A DNA stretch of 63,282 nucleotides from Pseudomonadota bacterium (GTDB lineage: Bacteria > Myxococcota_A > Polyangia > Polyangiales > JAFGIB01): contig JADGRE010000004.1 of assembly GCA_017881185.1 (NCBI GenBank), forward strand, positions 1-63,282, in the 5' to 3' direction. The notes beneath the pieces were generated by a model. The model saw only the letters and a program-made list of their open reading frames with translations. It was not told where the DNA came from and did no database searches. Shown one piece after another: positions 58,217 to 63,282 of this stretch. Position 1 is the stretch's first letter, and every line of letters begins with the position of its first letter. The translations under genes and the position numbers were made by a program.

Positions 58217-60142
58217 ATGCCCCGCCCGTCACCCGTCCGTGGCCCCTGGCCAGGCTGGCTGTCGTTCGCGCTGCTCGCCTTCGCGCTGGTCGGCGTGCAC
58301 GTCGCGCTCACCTTCTACTTCGACCCGCCTGCCCTGCTCTTCGGCCCTCAGCCGGTGTCCGGCAGCGACTACGACACGCACATCGAACAGACCTGGCGCG
58401 TGTTGGAAGGCCTGGAGACTTGGGGCAAGAGCTGGGTCTACGACGTGCATCTGCTCGCCGGCAGTCCCAACGGCGTGATCTTCGACGCCGACAACAAAGG
58501 CTGGGAGTGGCTCACCTACGGCTTGGTGAAGCTGGGTCTGCGACGCGCGGTCGCATTCAACGCGTTCCTGCTGCTCGCACACTTGTTGGTGGTGCCGGTC
58601 ATGTTCTGGTCGGCGTGCTTGTTCGGCCTGCGTCGCGGCGGCGCGTTGCTGGCCGCTGCGCTCGGCTCCGCACTGTGGTTCTTCGATTCCTATCTGCACT
58701 GGATCTGGTGGGTCGGCACGCTCGCATTCGCGTTCGCGTCGTATTTCTACCTGTTGCCGCTGGCGCTCTTCTATCGCTTCTGTGAAGAGCGTCGCGCGCA
58801 TCATGCCGCGCTGTGCGCGCTCACGCTCGGCATCGCGCACCTCATTCATCCGTACACGTTCTTCCTGCTCGTCGTGCCCATGGCGATCTGTTACATGCGC
58901 GCGGGCCGACAGCTGCGCACCCGCGACCAAGCATGGGTGGCGGCCATCATCGTGTTCGTGATCGCGTCCAACGGCGAGTGGCTGCTGGAGTCGCTGCGAC
59001 AGTGGCACTACGTGCTCGACTCCGGTTACTTCGGACGCGGCGACATCGCACAGCTCGCCGCCGACTTCTCGGGCGTGCTACTCGACACCTCCACGACCGG
59101 CATCATCTTCACGCACACGGGCTTGCGTTTCGCCTGTTTCGGCGGGGCGCTGATCGCGCTTGCCGGCTACGTCAAACATGCGGACCGGCGCGCGCTACCG
59201 CTGGGTGTGGGTAGCGTGTTGCTGATCTTGCTCAGCTACCTCGGCGCCTACTCGCACTGGATCGCGCAGGTGCAGCCCTACCGTTTCGTCGGCGGCGCTG
59301 TATTCCTGTGCGCCATACTCACGGCCGACGCCTGCACGCAGAGCGAGCTGCGCGCGAGCTTTGCCGCGCTCAGCTTCCCCGGCAGAGCGCTGACTTGGGT
59401 GCTCTTGGTGCTGCTCGCCAAGCAACTGGTCACCGAATCAGTCTCGTACTTCCCGACCGCGCTACCCGAGGTGCCGCCACTGCTCGATGGCGTGCCTGCA
59501 CCGATCACCGCTACCGGCTACCCGAGCTTCGTCGACTACCGGCATTTCCCGGATCAACCGTTTGTGTGGGAGGTCTCCACGTGGGTCGACGCGCACGACG
59601 ACGGGCGCGGTCGCTTTCTCGTGCAGACCGGTGCGGTCGGTGAGCAGCTCGCGTGGAAGACCGATGCCGAGATCATCGGCGGCTTCACGCTACGCAACCT
59701 CGAGCACGCGCACGCCAACTTGTTCCGCCGACACCTGGAACACTCGATGACCCCCCAGCAAGTTCGCGCCTACCTCGAGGCCTACGCCATCGAGTGGGTG
59801 GTGCTGACCTTCCCCGACCGCTGGCTCGAGACCATGCCTGAACTGTTCGAGCTGCATGCGAACGTCGCAGGCACGGTGATGCTGAAGACCAAGGTGCCGA
59901 TCTCGCGCTTCGAGCAGGGCACCGGTGACGTGATCGCGAGCACCAATCGCATCGCCGTCACGCGCAGCGATCCGAACCAGGACGTGGTGCTGCGCTATCA
60001 CTTCCACGAGATGCTCGAATGTGCGCCGCGCTGCCGGATCGAAGCCCACCGCAATCCGGTCGGGGGCGTGCCGTTCATTCGCATTCCCGCGCCTCATCCC
60101 TCGAGCTTCGTGATCCGCAACATGTACGGCGCGGCCCACTGA
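58217..60142 (+). CDS. Polytopic membrane protein, GT-C/YfhO-like
   Basis: First TM followed by GSDYDTH, then many TMs (HLIHPY, QPYRF) and a soluble C-terminal domain. Confidence 0.6.
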   Translation: MPRPSPVRGPWPGWLSFALLAFALVGVHVALTFYFDPPALLFGPQPVSGSDYDTHIEQTWRVLEGLETWGKSWVYDVHLLAGSPNGVIFDADNKGWEWLTYGLVKLGLRRAVAFNAFLLLAHLLVVPVMFWSACLFGLRRGGALLAAALGSALWFFDSYLHWIWWVGTLAFAFASYFYLLPLALFYRFCEERRAHHAALCALTLGIAHLIHPYTFFLLVVPMAICYMRAGRQLRTRDQAWVAAIIVFVIASNGEWLLESLRQWHYVLDSGYFGRGDIAQLAADFSGVLLDTSTTGIIFTHTGLRFACFGGALIALAGYVKHADRRALPLGVGSVLLILLSYLGAYSHWIAQVQPYRFVGGAVFLCAILTADACTQSELRASFAALSFPGRALTWVLLVLLAKQLVTESVSYFPTALPEVPPLLDGVPAPITATGYPSFVDYRHFPDQPFVWEVSTWVDAHDDGRGRFLVQTGAVGEQLAWKTDAEIIGGFTLRNLEHAHANLFRRHLEHSMTPQQVRAYLEAYAIEWVVLTFPDRWLETMPELFELHANVAGTVMLKTKVPISRFEQGTGDVIASTNRIAVTRSDPNQDVVLRYHFHEMLECAPRCRIEAHRNPVGGVPFIRIPAPHPSSFVIRNMYGAAH

Positions 60143-60202
60143 GGGTCGGCCCGCCCTCGTTCGGACTTGACGCCGGGTGGGGCTGCGGGTAGGTACTGGC
60201 CG

Positions 60203-61675
60203 ATGTTGACTTTCATTTTCAATAAGAAGCCGGGCACCCTGCCCTCTTGCGTGGCTGGGGTTGGCCTAGTGTTGGCCTGCTCCCTGGAGACCGGGGCCGT
60301 CAGCGCGCAACCCGCACCCACCGACGCACCCCCGAGCGCTGCGGTCGCCACGGCAAACGCGCCTCCCGCCACGGACGCACCCGGCGCTGCCACACAGCAG
60401 CCGCGCCCCGCCACCCCCGCCGCTGCGCCGCCAGCAGCCGCGCCCGCGACGGGCCCAGTGGTGTCGCTACCTGAGGCGCTGCCCGAACCGAACGAGGCGA
60501 CCAATGCCTCCCCCGCTACAGCCGTGGCACCCGTGCCAGCTGCGATGGGCGACGTCCCCGTGCTGCGCGCCGGTCACACCAGCGTGGGCGGCTACGCGGA
60601 GCTGCACTTGAACGTAGCTCACGTCACCGGGCCTGGCGCGCGCGACGCACAAATCGACCTCCACCGCTTCGTGCTGTTCCTGGCGCACGACTTCAACGAA
60701 CGACTGCGCTTCTATTCTGAGCTCGAGGTCGAGCACGCGGTCGCGTCGTCCACGGATCCGGGCGAAGTGGAGGTGGAGCAGGCGTACGTCGACTACCGCG
60801 CCATCGGAGACCAACTGGGCGTACGCGCGGGCCTTGTGCTCGTGCCCATGGGCATCATCAACCAGTGGCACGAGCCTCCGATGTTCCACGGCGTCGAGCG
60901 CCCCATGGTGGACACGTTGATCATTCCCACCACTTGGCGTGAAGCAGCCGTTGGTGTGTTCGGCGAACCGCTGCCGGGTCTACGCTATCAGCTCTACCTG
61001 ATGACCGCCCTCAACGCCTCGGGCTTCTCAGTCGGCCAGGGTTTGCGCGAAGGCATGGGCGAAACCGCGCTCGCACGCGCGAATGGGGCAGCGCTGAGCG
61101 CACGCATCGAATACGAACCCGTGCTCGGCGTGCTCGCCGGGCTGTCCGGTTACTACGGCAAGGCCGGCCCCAACGCCGACCTGCGAGACTCGGGCGGCAC
61201 GCCGCTACATCTGGGCGTGCCCGTGGCAGGCGTTGCAGCTGACATTCGCGCCCGCAGCCACGGCGTGGAGGCGCGCGCCGAGCTCGCGTATTTTCACGTG
61301 GGTAATACCGCTGCATTGCGCGCGGCAGCGGACAGCGACGGCAAGAGCCTCGGACTCGACGTGGGCGCGGCGCTGCTGGGGTACTACGGCGAGCTGGCCT
61401 ATGACGTGTTGTACAGCGCCAGAATCGAGCCCGCGTTGCTGCCGTTCGTGCGCCTCGAGCGCTACGACACACTGGCCAGCGTGGTCGGACGCGCGCGCAC
61501 TGCCGCGGATGCCAAAGCCGCGGCGACCGATGTGGTTGTCGGGCTCACCTTTCGCCCTGTCAGCCAGGTGGCGTTCAAGGCCGACTACCGGTGGAGCAAC
61601 CCCGACGGAGCCGACGCCAGCGGCCACTCCGACGCCACCGGCCAGGCCGACTTCGGGCTGGGCGTGATGTTTTGA
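60203..61675 (+). CDS. Outer membrane porin-like beta-barrel with Pro/Ala-rich N-terminal linker
   Basis: Signal peptide; GGYAELH, RFVLFLAHDF, YSELEVEH, EQAYVDY, HEPPMFHGVERP, IIPTTWRE; ends in terminal Phe (GLGVMF). The start may instead be GTG 60251. Confidence 0.8.
   Translation: MLTFIFNKKPGTLPSCVAGVGLVLACSLETGAVSAQPAPTDAPPSAAVATANAPPATDAPGAATQQPRPATPAAAPPAAAPATGPVVSLPEALPEPNEATNASPATAVAPVPAAMGDVPVLRAGHTSVGGYAELHLNVAHVTGPGARDAQIDLHRFVLFLAHDFNERLRFYSELEVEHAVASSTDPGEVEVEQAYVDYRAIGDQLGVRAGLVLVPMGIINQWHEPPMFHGVERPMVDTLIIPTTWREAAVGVFGEPLPGLRYQLYLMTALNASGFSVGQGLREGMGETALARANGAALSARIEYEPVLGVLAGLSGYYGKAGPNADLRDSGGTPLHLGVPVAGVAADIRARSHGVEARAELAYFHVGNTAALRAAADSDGKSLGLDVGAALLGYYGELAYDVLYSARIEPALLPFVRLERYDTLASVVGRARTAADAKAAATDVVVGLTFRPVSQVAFKADYRWSNPDGADASGHSDATGQADFGLGVMF
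60206..60222. promoter_or_regulatory. Fur-box-like palindrome at the porin 5' end
   Basis: TTGACTTTCATTTTCAA (reverse strand TTGAAAATGAAAGTCAA): AT-rich and similar to Fur-type TGAAAATGA/TCATTTTCA sites. Confidence 0.55.
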
Positions 61676-61703
61676 GAATGACCCATTAACCACATGTTTT
61701 CAA
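61672..61703. promoter_or_regulatory. Inverted Fur-like half-sites in the AT-rich porin/FMN-gene spacer
   Basis: TTGAGAATGA (61672-61681) and TGTTTTCAA (61695-61703). Confidence 0.35.
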
Positions 61704-61799
61704 TGACATACAGACTCGCCATCGACGCCGTTGGTGGCCAAACCTACGGAAACGGTTGATCTCCCTGTGCCCGGGGTTTATGTAACGGACGCGGTCTTG

Positions 61800-61816
61800 A
61801 TGAAAACGAAGTTCAA
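61800..61816 (+). promoter_or_regulatory. Third Fur-like box overlapping the FMN-gene ATG
   Basis: ATGAAAACGAAGTTCAA matches 13/17 positions of the reverse complement of the 60206 box. Confidence 0.35.
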
Positions 61817-62420
61817 CAGCATTTTCATTTGGCGCAGATCAAGCAGGCCCCTCTTGGCCCTGCTGGCGTTGGCAATCGGCGCCGGCTGCCTCTGCGGACG
61901 CGCCGCACCGGCCCGAGCCGAAGAGCTGTGGACTGCGCGTGACTTGCTGTCGCAGCACTTCAAGAGCTCCGAGCGCGTCGGCTACGTTCGCGTCGAGCTG
62001 AGCGCCGAGCAACGCAAGCACATCGAAGCCCGCATCGGGCGAGCGTTGCCCAAGGCCAGCTACACCTTCTTCGTGGCCACGACACACGGTCGCGTCGATG
62101 GCTACGCGCTCTTCGACGAGCAGGTCGGACAACACGAGCCCATCTCGTTCGCCACCTTCTTCGACGTCGATGGCCACGTCACACGCGTCGAAGTGGTCGC
62201 GTACCGCGAGCCCTACGGCGATGGCATCCGTTCGCCGCGCTTCCGCAAACAGTTCGTGGGGCGCTCGGCCCACAGCCAGTTCCAGCCCGGCGCCGACATC
62301 GACGCCGTCTCAGGCGCCACGATCTCGTCGCGATCGATGTGCGTCGGCGTCGAGCGCGCTGCCGCACTGCTGGACGAGACGCTGCTAAAGCAAACGCCGG
62401 CAGTGCTCGCCGCGCGATGA
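61800..62420 (+). CDS. Exported FMN-binding (RnfG/NqrC-like FMN_bind) protein
   Basis: Signal peptide, GQHEPISF, AYREPYG, F.KQFVG and the flavinylation motif IDAVSGATISS. Confidence 0.88.
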   Translation: MKTKFNSIFIWRRSSRPLLALLALAIGAGCLCGRAAPARAEELWTARDLLSQHFKSSERVGYVRVELSAEQRKHIEARIGRALPKASYTFFVATTHGRVDGYALFDEQVGQHEPISFATFFDVDGHVTRVEVVAYREPYGDGIRSPRFRKQFVGRSAHSQFQPGADIDAVSGATISSRSMCVGVERAAALLDETLLKQTPAVLAAR

Positions 62421-63010
62421 GAGCGTTCGCGCGCTCCGGCGGGCGCCTGCGCACACTGCCCATGCAGGCGCGGGTCGTCTACACGATATTCCTCGTGTTC
62501 ACGTTGGCCGCCTTGGCACTGACCGCCTGGCTCGGCGCTGCCATGGTGGGCCCGGATCTCGGACGAGTCGGCGAGTACTACGCCGGCACACCGACGCCGC
62601 AACCAGCTGCGAGCGGCGTGCAGGCAGGCAATGGCCCCAAGCTCGACCTCCCGGACGATGCGCTCCCGACGACTGCCGACCACGACCCGATGCCCACGCG
62701 CAAGCTGCTCGAGGTCACGCACTTCCATCTGTTCTCGATGCCCGTGTACCTCGTGATCCTCTCGCACCTGTTCATGCTGAGCACGCTGCGCGCGCGCACC
62801 AAGCTCTTGTGGATCGGCGGCGGCTCGCTGGCGGTGGCGCTACACATCGCTGCGCCGTGGATCGCGCGCAGCGGTGCGGCGGGCTCCGCGCTGATCTACG
62901 GCGTTTCGGGCAGCCTGCTGGCGCTGAGCTTCCTCGTGATGAGCGTGGTGCCGCTACTGGAGATGTGGCGGCAGCGCAGCGACGAAGCAGCAGCAGCCGC
63001 GGCGCACTGA
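62417..63010 (+). CDS. Four-TM membrane protein with intramembrane histidines (possible b-type heme binding)
   Basis: KLLEVTHFHLFSM, ILSHLFM and ALHIAAP; ATGA-coupled to the FMN-binding gene. Confidence 0.65.
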   Translation: MRAFARSGGRLRTLPMQARVVYTIFLVFTLAALALTAWLGAAMVGPDLGRVGEYYAGTPTPQPAASGVQAGNGPKLDLPDDALPTTADHDPMPTRKLLEVTHFHLFSMPVYLVILSHLFMLSTLRARTKLLWIGGGSLAVALHIAAPWIARSGAAGSALIYGVSGSLLALSFLVMSVVPLLEMWRQRSDEAAAAAAH

Positions 63011-63128
63011 CCAGGTGGCAGCGCGCGTGAGCGCTGCACGCGCGTGCGCCCCAAACACAACCGCCGGATGCAACTCGCGTGGCAGCGGGCGGCCAGCCAC
63101 AGCCTGAAACGCGAGGCCCACCGGCGCG

Positions 63129-63282
63129 CTACCCGTGCAGCGCGGCTTCGATCTCGGCCAGCATCGCCGCTTCTTCGGGCGCAATGCGGTCGTCGGCGAG
63201 CACGATGGTCTTCACTGCCGCGAGCACTGCGCGCGTGTTCTGACGCAAGAGATGCATGTCCGGCGTGGGCGCAGGGTGCTCG
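63129..63282 (-). CDS. TerB-like protein, 3' end only; runs off the window end
   Basis: ...RAVLAAVKTIVLADDRIAPEEAAMLAEIEAALHG* matches the TerB ADGxIxxxE pattern. Confidence 0.6.
   Translation of the reverse strand, partial: EHPAPTPDMHLLRQNTRAVLAAVKTIVLADDRIAPEEAAMLAEIEAALHG

Overview
This is a high-GC bacterial chromosome segment, almost certainly Myxococcota (probably Polyangia-like). That call rests on mglB-mglA, myxobacteria-style Cys-rich lipoproteins and an FHA gene of the myxobacterial type. I saw no rRNA, tRNA, CRISPR array, transposase, integrase or phage gene. Left to right it holds: mglBA; a lipoprotein, a GH113 hydrolase and ftsE-ftsX-degenerate M23 (EnvC-like); a large Cys-rich surface protein; a compact clade II nitrous oxide reductase operon (nosZ-nosB-nosD-nosF-nosL-nosY-cytochrome c) with a sigma54-type promoter, a fasciclin lipoprotein and a divergent hemerythrin; panBC; an unannotated 48-aa basic protein; SCP2; apaG; ilvBN; a lipoprotein with two papain-like Cys-His modules; a tail-anchored Tat PhoX; pdxJ; a doubly frameshifted FHA pseudogene; a ChdC/Cld-family protein; divergent ku and ligD; moaA; a rhomboid; yggT; an Omp85-family protein; an orphan TRAP binding protein; thiC under a TPP riboswitch; groES-groEL; a mirror-symmetric block of two GT-C-like membrane proteins and two spermidine-synthase-like membrane proteins around hemD; and a porin, FMN-binding protein and His-rich membrane protein with Fur-like boxes. 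The best candidates for an undescribed system are the GT-C/SAM-fold block (49.5-60.1 kb) and the Fur-box porin/flavoprotein operon (60.2-63.0 kb). The stripped-down, lipoprotein-rich nos operon with a Cys-tailed NosB comes next. All calls come from motif recognition by eye with no database searches. Start codons were trimmed by eye where the ORF track was over-extended.
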